DNA of 64,000 nt from Sulfurospirillum sp. (lineage in GTDB: Bacteria > Campylobacterota > Campylobacteria > Campylobacterales > Sulfurospirillaceae). The stretch covers positions 32,001-96,000 of the forward strand of contig JASFYR010000008.1 in NCBI GenBank assembly GCA_045047115.1. Reading direction: 5' to 3'. The notes under the pieces were generated by a model. The model saw only the letters and a program-made list of their open reading frames with translations, made no database searches and was not told the origin of the DNA. A program made the position numbers and the translations under genes. This document shows positions 17,915 to 28,475 of this stretch, in pieces; the stretch's first letter is position 1, and the number at the start of each line of letters is the position of its first letter.

Positions 17915-18709
17915 CTAAAAGAAAAACGGTATATTTAATTCAACAAATTTTTTCTTGACATCTTTTAGATATTTGTATGCCAATTTATCAAATGTACCAT
18001 CGCTTTTGGCTTTTTTGATAAATTCATTTATTTTAGCCTTCAGTTTTGGTTCATTTTGTCTAAGTGCAATTCCCCAATATCCAGGTTTTTTTGTGATTGG
18101 CTGAAGTAGTGCTACTGTTGTTTTTTTGTGTTTTTCCCAGTCTCTGTATATAGTTAATTGGTCATATATAAAAGCATCAGCTCTTTTTTGTATAACCTCT
18201 AAAACTGCAGAACTCTCTTTGTCAAATACCAGAATTTTTGCTTTTTTTAGGTGTTCAACTGCATAGATATGACCTGTAGTCCCTTTTTTAACAGCAACAA
18301 CCTTGTCTCTTTGGTTTAAATCTTTAACGCTTTTAACACCTGAAGTAGGATTTGTGAGAATACATAAATCAGATTGTGCATAAGGCAACGAAAAATCAAT
18401 TACTTTTTTTCTTTTGTCTGTAATTGTCATAGAAGAGATAATTATATCTATCTTTTTTGTTTTTAAAGATGGTATGAGACCATCCCATGCTATGTTTTGT
18501 ATGACAACTTTTCTGCCAAGATATCTTCCAAGTGCTTTTGCCAAATCTACACTGATGCCGCTTGGTGTACCGTCTTTTGTACTCATCTCAAAAGGTGGAT
18601 ATTGTAATTCCATACCAACTTTGAGAGGTCTAGGGTTTGTCACAGCATTTGCATATAATGGATTTAGCATTAATATAACAATAAAAGACACAATACTTTT
18701 AAATAGCAT
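17915..18709 (-). CDS. Polar amino-acid ABC transporter substrate-binding protein
   Basis: Signal peptide, YPPFE, WDGLIPSL, MTITDKRKKVIDFS, GTTG. Confidence 0.93.
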   Translation of the reverse strand: MLFKSIVSFIVILMLNPLYANAVTNPRPLKVGMELQYPPFEMSTKDGTPSGISVDLAKALGRYLGRKVVIQNIAWDGLIPSLKTKKIDIIISSMTITDKRKKVIDFSLPYAQSDLCILTNPTSGVKSVKDLNQRDKVVAVKKGTTGHIYAVEHLKKAKILVFDKESSAVLEVIQKRADAFIYDQLTIYRDWEKHKKTTVALLQPITKKPGYWGIALRQNEPKLKAKINEFIKKAKSDGTFDKLAYKYLKDVKKKFVELNIPFFF

Positions 18710-18807
18710 AATATTTCCTTGTTTTTTTAGTAGAGTGTATTATTGCAAAGTATTTATTATAAGTAAATTAAATATTTAGATATTTGTTGGCAGTTTGTAA
18801 AAATAAA

Positions 18808-18893
18808 TGGTACCTGAGGCCGGACTCGAACCGGCACGAGCAAAGCTCACAAGATTTTGAGTCTAGCGCGTCTACCAGTTTCACCACTCAGGC
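18808..18893 (-). tRNA. tRNA-Leu (anticodon CAA)
   Basis: Reverse complement GCCTGAGTGGTGAAACTGGTAGACGCG-CTAGA-CTCAAAA-TCTTG, long variable arm, GGTTCGAGTCC, encoded CCA end. Confidence 0.95.
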
Positions 18894-18926
18894 ACCTGAA
18901 ACAAGAAAGAAATAGTACAAAAAAAA

Positions 18927-18959
18927 AGCTTAAAGAGTGATTATACACAACTTTAAGCT
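18927..18959 (-). terminator. Probable intrinsic terminator of hup
   Basis: agcttaaag...ctttaagct stem followed on the minus strand by a U run. Confidence 0.6.
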
Positions 18960-18980
18960 ATTTTTATTTTTTAAATATAC

Positions 18981-19259
18981 TTAAGATTTTGCTACAGCGT
19001 CTTTCAATCTTTTTCCAACTTTAAATTTTACAGCTGTTGTTGCAGGAACATCCACAATTTTATCAGTACCAGGAACTCTTGCTTTTCTAGCTGCTCTTTT
19101 TGCAGTACTAAATGTACCAAAACCGATAAAACTAACATTTTTGCCCGCTACTAAAGCATCTTGTACTGCTGCAATTGCTGCATCTACAACTTTTTGAGTG
19201 TCTTTCTTAGAAAGTTCAGCTTTTTCTGAAACCGCTTGAATAAACTCTGCTTTTTTCAT
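18981..19259 (-). CDS. hup: DNA-binding protein HU
   Basis: MKKAEFI, IGFGTF, RAARKARVPGT, KFKVGKRLKDAV. Confidence 0.96.
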   Translation of the reverse strand: MKKAEFIQAVSEKAELSKKDTQKVVDAAIAAVQDALVAGKNVSFIGFGTFSTAKRAARKARVPGTDKIVDVPATTAVKFKVGKRLKDAVAKS

Positions 19260-19291
19260 TCTACAATCCTTTGAAATAATGTATTTTAGGC

Positions 19292-19320
19292 ATTGTACAC
19301 TTTTTTTTTTAAAAATACAA
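19292..19320 (-). promoter_or_regulatory. Candidate sigma70 promoter of hup
   Basis: TTGTAT-N17-TACAAT on the minus strand; spacer contains an A10 run. Confidence 0.55.
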
Positions 19321-19337
19321 TAATTTCAACAAAAAAT

Positions 19338-19364
19338 TAAATAAAAAATATAAAAAACCGATAT
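19338..19364 (+). promoter_or_regulatory. Candidate sigma28 promoter of flgL
   Basis: TAAA(19338-41)-N15-ACCGATAT(19357-64). Confidence 0.5.
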
Positions 19365-19374
19365 TTTCATATAA

Positions 19375-19390
19375 GGAACCTAATTTGCTT
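19375..19390 (+). promoter_or_regulatory. Sigma54 -24/-12 promoter of flgL
   Basis: GGAACCTAATTTGCTT, i.e. GG-N10-GC. Confidence 0.7.
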
Positions 19391-19426
19391 ATATAATTCT
19401 AAGCGATTACGCAGGAGATTATAATT

Positions 19427-21427
19427 ATGAGAATAACCGATTCACTTTTTCACCTAGATGCAAAAAACAGCTATCAGGACAGTTTGAGAAAACTTTATGA
19501 TATAAACACTCAAATTTCATCAGGTTCAAAAATACAAAACAGTTATGAAAACAGTAGTATATATGTGGATACAATGAGACTAAATAATGAAATATCTACA
19601 TTTGATCAAGCAAAAAAGAGTAGTTCGAAAGCACAGACATTTGCAAATAATACTGATGCGACGATGAATGAGCTGGATGATACTTTAACAAAATTTAAAT
19701 CAAAACTCATACAAGCTGCCAATGGAACGAATTCAACTACAAGCCTGGGGGCAATAGCAGATGACTTAAGTGCCATGAGAGACCATCTAATAAGCATAGC
19801 AAACACTTCAATAAACGGACAGTTTTTATTTTCCGGCTCAGCCCTTGATATCAAACCCGTTAACAATGACGGCTCATATAGTGGAAATGGCGAAAAACTT
19901 ACATCTCTTGTAGGCTCAGGTGTACGGATTCCTTACAATGTGGACGGTGAGTCTCTTTTTCTTGGGCATGACAGTGATTATGAAAAGATTGTCTCTACAA
20001 ATGTTGCAATGCTTAATAAGACCGTTGAGAAAAACAGTGGCGACAAAGTGTATCTTAAGTCAAGTGACACTTTGCAGGATATGGTTGGTGGCGATGCCAC
20101 AACAAATGGTAAAACTGTATTTTATCTATCAGGCAGAAAACCAGATGGAGAGACTTTTAATAAGAAATTTTCACTGGATGGTGCATCAAAAGTTTCTGAT
20201 TTGCTTGATAGTATCGGTACATCATATGGAAATACTGCTTCAAGCAAAGTGGTAGATGTTAGTTTAAATAATTATGGGCAGATAGAAGTAAAAGACAAAA
20301 CAAAAGGAAATTCACTACTGCAGATGAATGTATTCGGAGCTATAGACAGAACTGCATCGGGCAGTGTTGGAAATGCTGATCAAACGGATATTGATGCTCT
20401 GGGGAGTGCGGCAAATGTGGATATTGTTGCCTTTGATAAAAGTAATTTTATAAATGCAAATGGTGTTACACTGAATGATTCTGCAAACTATACTAGAAAA
20501 AATTTTAAGAAAAACGGAAATGATATCTTGGGAAATGTTTCACAGTTTGTAAAAAGCAGTGGAGAATATGCTACGGCTAGCACAAAACTTGTTGATGTCT
20601 CAGGAGCCTCATCTCTTGATAGCAAAAAATTTATACTCTCTGGTGCAGATATCAGCGGAAACCCTTTTAGGGTTGAGATAAACTTTAGTAATGGAGCAGG
20701 TGGTACAACATTTTCAACAGATGGAGGAGTTACGAACTATAGTGTTTTTGATGCCAACGGCAATCCTACAAATGCAGATAATATGACATATCAACAATTA
20801 AATGATGTTGTAAGTATGGCGACAACATCCTCTGTTCCTGTTGCAAATGATCAGGTATCTTATAACAACGCAGTGGATACAGCAAAAAACAGTGTCGATG
20901 TTACAATGGACTATAGAGGCAGAATCAATATACATGACAAAACAAACTCTGTTTCCAAAATCAATTTTGCCATATATGATAATGATGCAGATCAATTTGA
21001 TGGAACAAAAAATCCAGCGATGTCTTTTATGGCAAATGATGCAGTTACTATTCAAGAGCCCCATATTGATTTTTTTAAAGAGATTGATCAGATGATTAAT
21101 GCTGTCAGAGGTGGAAATTTCAATATGAATTCAGACTTTTCAGATCCTAGAAATTTGGGAATCCAAAACTCTATACTTAAAATTGATCATATCAGCGATC
21201 ATACAATCAAAATGCATACAAAAATCGGCTCGTATTCAAATGCTTTGCAGAGTGCGGGTGACAGAGCTGATCTTTTAAGCCTAAATGTAAAAACCATACG
21301 AAGTAAAATAGCAGATGTTGATCTCGCAGAAGCATATACACAATTTACACAACTAAGCAATAGTTATCAGGCAACACTTTCTACAATAGCCAAAATAAAC
21401 TCAATGACTCTTTTAAAATATATGTAA
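19427..21427 (+). CDS. flgL: Flagellar hook-associated protein 3
   Basis: MRIT start, QISSG, ANTSINGQFLFSG, flagellin-like C-terminus DVDLAEA...TLLKYM; adjacent to ftsK. Confidence 0.92.
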   Translation: MRITDSLFHLDAKNSYQDSLRKLYDINTQISSGSKIQNSYENSSIYVDTMRLNNEISTFDQAKKSSSKAQTFANNTDATMNELDDTLTKFKSKLIQAANGTNSTTSLGAIADDLSAMRDHLISIANTSINGQFLFSGSALDIKPVNNDGSYSGNGEKLTSLVGSGVRIPYNVDGESLFLGHDSDYEKIVSTNVAMLNKTVEKNSGDKVYLKSSDTLQDMVGGDATTNGKTVFYLSGRKPDGETFNKKFSLDGASKVSDLLDSIGTSYGNTASSKVVDVSLNNYGQIEVKDKTKGNSLLQMNVFGAIDRTASGSVGNADQTDIDALGSAANVDIVAFDKSNFINANGVTLNDSANYTRKNFKKNGNDILGNVSQFVKSSGEYATASTKLVDVSGASSLDSKKFILSGADISGNPFRVEINFSNGAGGTTFSTDGGVTNYSVFDANGNPTNADNMTYQQLNDVVSMATTSSVPVANDQVSYNNAVDTAKNSVDVTMDYRGRINIHDKTNSVSKINFAIYDNDADQFDGTKNPAMSFMANDAVTIQEPHIDFFKEIDQMINAVRGGNFNMNSDFSDPRNLGIQNSILKIDHISDHTIKMHTKIGSYSNALQSAGDRADLLSLNVKTIRSKIADVDLAEAYTQFTQLSNSYQATLSTIAKINSMTLLKYM

Positions 21428-21429
21428 TT

Positions 21430-21438
21430 TGCTATAAT
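21430..21438 (+). promoter_or_regulatory. Extended -10 promoter of ftsK
   Basis: TGCTATAAT directly after the flgL stop. Confidence 0.6.
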
Positions 21439-21471
21439 ACGATTTTATATTAACTTTATGAAGGATTTGAA

Positions 21472-23544
21472 ATTTTAAAAGAGACTATTTTTGTTTTAGC
21501 GGCTGCATTTTTTGTTTTTCTAGGACTCTCCACAATCTTGATGGATGCTTCTGTAGTTGGAGTTTACGGCTCACTGCTCGGCAGAGAAAATCACCATCTT
21601 TTTGGTTATATATCTTATGCATATCCATTTGTTTTGATTGTTTTGTCATATTTGATATATAAAAACAATAGATTTGATACAAGAAGGATAGAGATATACC
21701 TGGCTTCCGTTCTTCTGTTTTTGGCACTGCTTATGATTCAGGCTCTTTTGATAGCACACAACGGATTTGTAGGCTACTCCATAACCCAATCAATCATATC
21801 ATATATAGGTATCGCAGGTGTTTGGATAGTTGTTGCATCTATCACTGCATTGTGCTTTGTTATGCTTTTCGATATAGGTTTTGACGAGATTTTCCCATCT
21901 TTTGATATAAAAGAGAAGTTATCGAGACAAAAAAAGACAAAACATTTTGAAATAAAAGAGATAGAAAGGAAAGAGACAAAAAAATCACCAAAATCAAAAA
22001 AAACTGATATCAAAAATCAAAAAAATACCGATGAGACAGAAGAAAAGAAACATGAAACGGTAACTCAAAGTGGAGTGGAAATTTTAAATGTTGTTGAAGA
22101 GAATGAAAAGCTTTTAGATGAGATAGATAAAGGGGAAGTTGATAAACCCAAAAATTACAAACTTCCTTCTTTAAAATTTTTAATGGATCCGCCAAAAAGG
22201 CACTCTCATATAAACGAGAGCGAAATAGACCAAAAAATTTCAGATTTACTTGATAAATTAAGAAGGTTTAAAATTGAAGGCGATGTAGTTAGAACCTATT
22301 CCGGACCAGTTGTTACAACTTTTGAATTTAAGCCGGCACCCCATATAAAGGTTTCAAAAATTTTGACTCTGCAGGATGATTTGGCTATGGCACTAAAAGC
22401 TCAAACGATTCGTATTCAGGCGCCAGTTCCAGGCAAAGATGTTGTAGGAATCGAAGTACCAAATAAAAAAATAGATACCATTTATCTAAAAGAGATACTT
22501 CAAAGTGATATTTATAAAAATTCATCTTCACCTCTAACTATAGCACTTGGAAAAGATATAGTAGGAAATCCTTTTGTTACAGATTTAAAAAAACTACCGC
22601 ATCTTTTGATAGCAGGAACCACAGGAAGCGGGAAAAGTGTTGGTATAAATGCAATGCTTCTGTCTTTGCTATATAGAAATTCACCGGAGATGTTAAAGCT
22701 CTTAATGATAGATCCAAAGATGTTAGAGTTCTCTGTTTACAACGATATTCCCCATCTTCTTACCCCTGTCATTACAAAACCAAAACATGCTATAACAGCT
22801 TTGGCAAATATGGTAAATGAGATGGAGAGAAGATATAAGATACTAAGTCAGTCAAAAACAAAAAATATAGAAAACTATAATGAAAAAGCGAAAAAACAGG
22901 GTTTACCCCATATCCCGTACATAGTTGTAATTATTGATGAGTTGGCAGATCTGATGATGACAAGTGGAAAAGAGGTGGAATTTTATGTCTCAAGGCTGGC
23001 TCAAATGGCAAGGGCGAGTGGAATTCATCTGCTTGTAGCAACGCAACGACCATCAGTAGATGTTGTTACCGGACTTATAAAAGCAAATCTTCCCTCAAGA
23101 ATTTCTTTTAAAGTTGGTCAAAAGATAGATAGCAAAGTTATATTAGATACCGGTGGAGCAGATTCACTTCTTGGTCGAGGGGACATGCTTTTTACTCCTC
23201 CGGGAAGCTCTGGACTTATCAGGCTTCACGCACCTTATGCCAGCGAAGAAGAGATAGAAGAAGTGGTTGAATACCTTAAAAAACAGCAAACCGTAGAGTA
23301 TGATGAGAGTTTTTTGAAAGAGAGCGAGAGTGATATAGGTGGCAATACCTTGGTAGATGATGAGATAGACGAGCTTTTTGAAGATGCTAAAAATATAGTC
23401 TTAAACGAAAAAAAATGCTCCATCAGCTATATACAGAGACGACTTCAGATAGGATATAACCGAGCAGCACGAATTGTTGAGCAAATGGAGGCAACCGGGA
23501 TACTTTCAGCCCCAAATTCCAAAGGTCAAAGAGAAATTTTATAA
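21472..23544 (+). CDS. ftsK: DNA translocase FtsK (start probably ATT at 21472; first canonical start at 21538)
   Basis: N-terminal TM segments, Walker A GTTGSGKS, IDELADLM, QRPSVDV, gamma domain IQRRLQIGYNRAAR. Confidence 0.95.
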   Translation: MLKETIFVLAAAFFVFLGLSTILMDASVVGVYGSLLGRENHHLFGYISYAYPFVLIVLSYLIYKNNRFDTRRIEIYLASVLLFLALLMIQALLIAHNGFVGYSITQSIISYIGIAGVWIVVASITALCFVMLFDIGFDEIFPSFDIKEKLSRQKKTKHFEIKEIERKETKKSPKSKKTDIKNQKNTDETEEKKHETVTQSGVEILNVVEENEKLLDEIDKGEVDKPKNYKLPSLKFLMDPPKRHSHINESEIDQKISDLLDKLRRFKIEGDVVRTYSGPVVTTFEFKPAPHIKVSKILTLQDDLAMALKAQTIRIQAPVPGKDVVGIEVPNKKIDTIYLKEILQSDIYKNSSSPLTIALGKDIVGNPFVTDLKKLPHLLIAGTTGSGKSVGINAMLLSLLYRNSPEMLKLLMIDPKMLEFSVYNDIPHLLTPVITKPKHAITALANMVNEMERRYKILSQSKTKNIENYNEKAKKQGLPHIPYIVVIIDELADLMMTSGKEVEFYVSRLAQMARASGIHLLVATQRPSVDVVTGLIKANLPSRISFKVGQKIDSKVILDTGGADSLLGRGDMLFTPPGSSGLIRLHAPYASEEEIEEVVEYLKKQQTVEYDESFLKESESDIGGNTLVDDEIDELFEDAKNIVLNEKKCSISYIQRRLQIGYNRAARIVEQMEATGILSAPNSKGQREIL

Positions 23545-23590
23545 TTTTTAAGCTACAATCTATCTAAAATACTATTAGGAGCATAGAGTT

Positions 23591-26146
23591 ATGGATTATT
23601 TAAAAGCTTACAATGACCATGTATTGGAAAGGTCAAGTCTTGGAGTTCCTCCACTGCCATTAGATGCACAGCAGACAGCTAGAGTTGTTGAGTCTTTGAA
23701 GAAAGGCGAAGGTGATCAAAAAGTTTTGCTGGAGCTTCTTATGCACAGAGTAAGTCCCGGAGTTGATGCTGCTGCTTATGTAAAAGCTGCATTTTTAAAT
23801 GCTATCGTAAAAAAAGAGGCAGAGTCCGTCTCTGTTACTCCTCTAAAAGCAGTAGAGATTTTAGGAACTATGCTAGGAGGCTACAATGTTCAGCCTTTAG
23901 TAGATGCGCTGAGCAATGATGATAAGTTTGTAGCACAGGCTGCTACAGATGCTCTGAAAAAAACTATACTGGTTTACAGCTCTTTTAATGATGTCGAAGA
24001 GTTGGCAAAGACAAATAAATATGCCAAAGCTGTTTTGGAATCATGGGCGAAGGCTGAGTGGTTTACTTCAAGAGAACCGATTCCGCAAAAGATCACAGTC
24101 GCTGTTTTAAGAGTTCCGGGAGAGACAAATACTGATGATCTGAGTCCTGCAAGTGAGGCATTTACCAGAAGTGATATACCCTTACATGCACAGTGTATGC
24201 TAGAAAAAAAACTTCCTAATGCGCTTCAAAAGATAAAAGAGTTCCAGGAAAAGGGATATGAGGTTGCCTATGTTGGCGATGTGGTAGGAACAGGGAGCAG
24301 TAGAAAATCAGGTATCAACTCAGTCCAGTGGTGGATAGGCAGAGAGATACCATTTGTACCAAACAAAAAGACAGGCGGATTGGTACTTGGAAACACGATT
24401 GCCCCTATATTTTTTAATACAGCAGAAGATAGTGGAGCATTGCCTATAGAATTGGATGTATCTTCTTTTGAGACAGGGGATATCATAGATGTTTACCCGT
24501 ATGTTGGCAAAGTAGAAAAAGACGGAAAAGTTGTAGCAGAATTTAAACTCACACCAAATACTTTAGCTGATGAGTATAGAGCAGGCGGAAGAATTCCTCT
24601 TATCATTGGGCGAGGCTTGACTTCAAAAGCAAGAGAGTCTCTTGGTCTTGGAGCAGAAGATATATTTGAAAAACCAGAACAGCCGACAGATAGTGGCAAA
24701 GGCTATACACAAGCTCAAAAAATTGTGGGACTTGCATGTGGGGTTGATGGCGTAAGAGCTGGTATGTATGTAGAACCTATAACTTCAACTGTTGGTAGCC
24801 AAGATACCACGGGACCTATGACAAGAGACGAGATAAAAGAGCTTGCGGCTTTAGGGTTTAATGCTGATTTGGTTCTTCAGACATTTTGTCATACAGCAGC
24901 CTATCCAAAGCCCAGTGATGTTCAAATGCAACATACTCTGCCCGGTTTTATGACAACCAGAGGCGGAGTCAGTTTGAAGCCTGGTGATGGAGTTATACAC
25001 TCTTGGTTAAACCGTATGGTTTTGCCAGATACTGTAGGAACAGGAGGAGACTCGCATACTAGATTTCCAATTGGTATCTCTTTCCCTGCAGGAAGTGGTC
25101 TGGTAGCATTTGCAGCTGTGACTGGAAGCATGCCACTAAATATGCCAGAATCCATACTCGTTAGATTTACAGGTGAACTACAACCCGGTATCACTCTGAG
25201 AGATTTGGTAAATGCTATACCTTATGTAGCTATACAAAAAGGACTCTTGACAGTACCTAAAAAAGACAAAAAGAATATCTTTGCAGGAAAGATTTTAGAG
25301 ATAGAGGGTTTGCCAAATCTAAAAGCAGAGCAGGCTTTTGAACTTAGTGATGCAAGTGCGGAGAGAAGCGCTGCTGCGTGTTGTGTAGCTTTGGATAAAG
25401 AACCTGTTGCTGAGTACCTAAAATCAAATATAGTTCTACTGGAGTCTATGGTCGAAGCGGGGTATGAGGATGCAACAACACTTCAAAGAAGAGCTGATAA
25501 GATGAAAAAATGGCTAGAAAATCCAACTCTGCTTAAGGCTGATAAAGATGCCGAATATGCAGCGGTGATAGAGATAGATATGAATGAGATAAAAGAACCG
25601 ATTTTGTGCTGTCCAAATGATCCGGATGATGTGGCAACTTTGAGTGAAATTTTAGCTGATTCAAACAGACCTAAAAACATAGATGAAGTTTTTGTCGGAA
25701 GCTGTATGACAAATATCGGTCACTATAGAGCTTTGGGAGAAGTCTTAAAAGGCGAGGGTCAAGTGCCGGTCAAGCTCTGGATAGCACCTCCGACTAAAAT
25801 GGATAAAGCAGAACTAGTAGAAGAGGGATACTACTCTGTATTTGGCTCAGTCGGTGCTAGAGTTGAGATACCTGGATGTTCACTTTGTATGGGTAACCAA
25901 GCAAGAGTGGCAGATGCGGCAACAGTATTTTCAACAAGCACTAGAAACTTTGACAATAGAATGGGTATGGGTGCACAAGTCTATCTGGGAAGTGCGGAAC
26001 TAGCAGCAGTATGTGCACTTTTAGGGAGACTTCCAAGTGCAAAAGAATATCTAGATATCGTTCCTAAAAAATTAGAGGGAAAAACAGACGATGTCTATAA
26101 ATACCTCAACTTTAATCTTATGGAAGATTACAAGCTTGCACAATAA
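23591..26146 (+). CDS. acnB: Aconitate hydratase B
   Basis: [44 protein letters not shown]. Confidence 0.98.
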   Translation: MDYLKAYNDHVLERSSLGVPPLPLDAQQTARVVESLKKGEGDQKVLLELLMHRVSPGVDAAAYVKAAFLNAIVKKEAESVSVTPLKAVEILGTMLGGYNVQPLVDALSNDDKFVAQAATDALKKTILVYSSFNDVEELAKTNKYAKAVLESWAKAEWFTSREPIPQKITVAVLRVPGETNTDDLSPASEAFTRSDIPLHAQCMLEKKLPNALQKIKEFQEKGYEVAYVGDVVGTGSSRKSGINSVQWWIGREIPFVPNKKTGGLVLGNTIAPIFFNTAEDSGALPIELDVSSFETGDIIDVYPYVGKVEKDGKVVAEFKLTPNTLADEYRAGGRIPLIIGRGLTSKARESLGLGAEDIFEKPEQPTDSGKGYTQAQKIVGLACGVDGVRAGMYVEPITSTVGSQDTTGPMTRDEIKELAALGFNADLVLQTFCHTAAYPKPSDVQMQHTLPGFMTTRGGVSLKPGDGVIHSWLNRMVLPDTVGTGGDSHTRFPIGISFPAGSGLVAFAAVTGSMPLNMPESILVRFTGELQPGITLRDLVNAIPYVAIQKGLLTVPKKDKKNIFAGKILEIEGLPNLKAEQAFELSDASAERSAAACCVALDKEPVAEYLKSNIVLLESMVEAGYEDATTLQRRADKMKKWLENPTLLKADKDAEYAAVIEIDMNEIKEPILCCPNDPDDVATLSEILADSNRPKNIDEVFVGSCMTNIGHYRALGEVLKGEGQVPVKLWIAPPTKMDKAELVEEGYYSVFGSVGARVEIPGCSLCMGNQARVADAATVFSTSTRNFDNRMGMGAQVYLGSAELAAVCALLGRLPSAKEYLDIVPKKLEGKTDDVYKYLNFNLMEDYKLAQ

Positions 26147-26165
26147 ATTAAAAACTTTCAAAAAA

Positions 26166-26188
26166 CAGGGCATCATTTAGATGCCCTG
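26166..26188 (+). terminator. Perfect 9-bp hairpin after acnB
   Basis: cagggcatc-attta-gatgccctg; no strong U tract on the plus strand. Confidence 0.55.
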
Positions 26189-26202
26189 AATTCAGGAAAT
26201 AT

Positions 26203-27135
26203 ATGTTAAAAGATAAGATAAAAAATAGAAAATCTGGCATACTTCTTTATGGTATGACTCCACCAAAAGCAAAGCATACGAAAGAAGAACTAAAAGAGAT
26301 AGCTGCTTGTCAAATACAAAGAATTAAAGACTTGCAAATAGACGGGCTTGTGCTCTATGATATACAAGACGAGAGTGACAGGACAGATATAAAGAGACCA
26401 TTTCCTTTTATAAAGACTCTTGATTCCTGTGATTATGCAAAAAACTACCTTGATGATGCTTTACCATTTCCCGTTATAGTATATAGAGCTGTAGGAAAAT
26501 ACAATAGAGCAGAATTTAAGCAATGGCTTAAAGATAGAGTTGGAAGAGAGTTTTTTTCGGTCTTTGTCGGGGCTGCCAGTAAAAAAACAGAAACGACTAT
26601 GGACATCAAAGAGGCATATAGACTCAAAAAAGAGATAGATGATGAGTTGATACTGGGTGGTATTGTTATACCCGAGAGGCATACTGCCAAAAAAGATGAA
26701 CATCTAAGAGTTTTTTCCAAGATCGAAAACGGTTGTGAGTATTTTATATCCCAAGCAGTATACAATCTCGAAGCTGCAAAGAGATTTTTGGATGATTATG
26801 TAATGCATGCTAAAAAAAATGATAAAGAGTTGGTGCCTGTGGTTTTTACTTTTACACCTTGCGGTTCGATCAAAACACTGGAATTTATGAAATGGCTTGG
26901 AGTTCATATAGCCCCGTCACTGGAGGAAAGATTGAAAAATGCAGAGGACATACTGAAGGAATCTGTAAAAACCTCCATAGCAAACTTTAGTGCACTTTAT
27001 GAATACGGTAAGAAAAAAGATGTTCCGATAGGTGCAAATGTGGAGAGTATCGCTATAAGAAAAGTGGAGATAGATGCGTCAATCTATCTACTTGACGAGA
27101 TAAAAAAGATTTTGAATAATGGGCATAAATATTGA
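26203..27135 (+). CDS. Methylenetetrahydrofolate reductase family protein (non-canonical MetF-like)
   Basis: YGMTPPK, YDIQDE..RPFPF, GGIVIPERH, KIENGCEYFISQAVY, FMKWLGV. Confidence 0.75.
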   Translation: MLKDKIKNRKSGILLYGMTPPKAKHTKEELKEIAACQIQRIKDLQIDGLVLYDIQDESDRTDIKRPFPFIKTLDSCDYAKNYLDDALPFPVIVYRAVGKYNRAEFKQWLKDRVGREFFSVFVGAASKKTETTMDIKEAYRLKKEIDDELILGGIVIPERHTAKKDEHLRVFSKIENGCEYFISQAVYNLEAAKRFLDDYVMHAKKNDKELVPVVFTFTPCGSIKTLEFMKWLGVHIAPSLEERLKNAEDILKESVKTSIANFSALYEYGKKKDVPIGANVESIAIRKVEIDASIYLLDEIKKILNNGHKY

Positions 27136-28475
27136 ATCAAACAAAAAAATTTTCAATCCATAGAAAAAGAGGTAAAGCACTGGGTGTTTTTGAGCTTATT
27201 GCCATAGCGGTTGGCGGTATGGTTGGGGGTGGAATTTTTACTGTTTTGGGTATTTCAGTTGCATTGGTTGGCGCATACTCTCCGGTTGCTATCGCTATTG
27301 GCGGTGTTATAGCAATGTTGGCTGCTTATAATTATGTCAAATTAGGGGTCTATTTTAAAGATGAGGGTGCTACATATTCTTTTTATAAAAAGACTTTTCC
27401 ATCAACTCCATTTGCGGCCTCTTTGATAGGTTGGTGGGTTATTTTTGGTTATATATCAACTTTGGCATTATATGCCTACACTTTTTCTTCATATTCAATT
27501 AGCAGCTTCTCCTTTGCAGGTAATGAAATAATAAGAAAAAGTATTGCAGGTGCTATTATTTTAATTTTTGCACTTATAAATATTTGGAGTGTTAAGGGCA
27601 TGGGTAGGATTGAGGATTTGATGGTCTATACCAAAATGACTATTCTAGCTGCTATATCTATATTATTAATTTACCACTCCGACACATCTCTTCCGGTGCT
27701 TCTTGAAAGTAACCATCATGCAACTCTGTTTTCAATTTTGATAGTATCTTCTTTGACTTTTGTAGCATACGAGGGTTTTCAGCTTGTGATAAATGCAGTC
27801 AATGAGATGAAAAATCCAGATCTTAATATTCCTAGGGCAATTTATGCTGCGATAGTTTTAGTAATTTTAATATATGTAATTATTTCATTGGGTGCGATAT
27901 TATCTATACCATTTAAAGAGATTATAGACAATAAAGAGTATGCTTTAGCGGCTGGTGCAAAGGATATCATGGGCAATACGGGAGCAAATCTGGTTATTGC
28001 CGGAGCCCTTTTAGCAACCAGCAGTGCTATTAGCGGAACACTGTTTGGCTCTTCAAGACAAGCTTCTGTTATAGCAGAAGATGGATACTTTCCATCATTT
28101 CTAGCGATTAGGAAAAACAGCATCCCCGTATATGCCATCATATCTATGGCGCTTTTTTCTTTCGGTTTGATACTTATAGGAAACTTGGAAGTTATTTTAG
28201 AGTTTGGCAGTATAACTTTTATACTGGTTTCTTGGTTGATGGCGTTTGCTAACTTAAAAATTAGAGATAAAACTAACTCATCTTTAGCTATAATTGTGAT
28301 ATCGTTAATTGGTTTATTTCTAGGGGCTTCCCTTATAGTCTATTATGAGGTAAATAGTGATATAAAACAGATATACTTTACCTGTATCATATATTTTGTA
28401 TTGACTTTAGGGGCATGGCTGTACTCAAAATTTGAAAATAAAAAGGTGGAAAAAAATGTACACACAAAACAGTAA
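27132..28475 (+). CDS. APC family amino-acid permease
   Basis: About 12 TM segments; [21 protein letters not shown]. Confidence 0.9.
   Translation: MNQTKKFSIHRKRGKALGVFELIAIAVGGMVGGGIFTVLGISVALVGAYSPVAIAIGGVIAMLAAYNYVKLGVYFKDEGATYSFYKKTFPSTPFAASLIGWWVIFGYISTLALYAYTFSSYSISSFSFAGNEIIRKSIAGAIILIFALINIWSVKGMGRIEDLMVYTKMTILAAISILLIYHSDTSLPVLLESNHHATLFSILIVSSLTFVAYEGFQLVINAVNEMKNPDLNIPRAIYAAIVLVILIYVIISLGAILSIPFKEIIDNKEYALAAGAKDIMGNTGANLVIAGALLATSSAISGTLFGSSRQASVIAEDGYFPSFLAIRKNSIPVYAIISMALFSFGLILIGNLEVILEFGSITFILVSWLMAFANLKIRDKTNSSLAIIVISLIGLFLGASLIVYYEVNSDIKQIYFTCIIYFVLTLGAWLYSKFENKKVEKNVHTKQ

Noticed and set aside
14626..18808. Genomic island integrated at the tRNA-Leu 3' end
   Set aside because: No integrase and no att-like duplication at the far boundary. 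The only match noticed (gtacctgaggc near 10905) lies inside glmU coding sequence and is probably chance.
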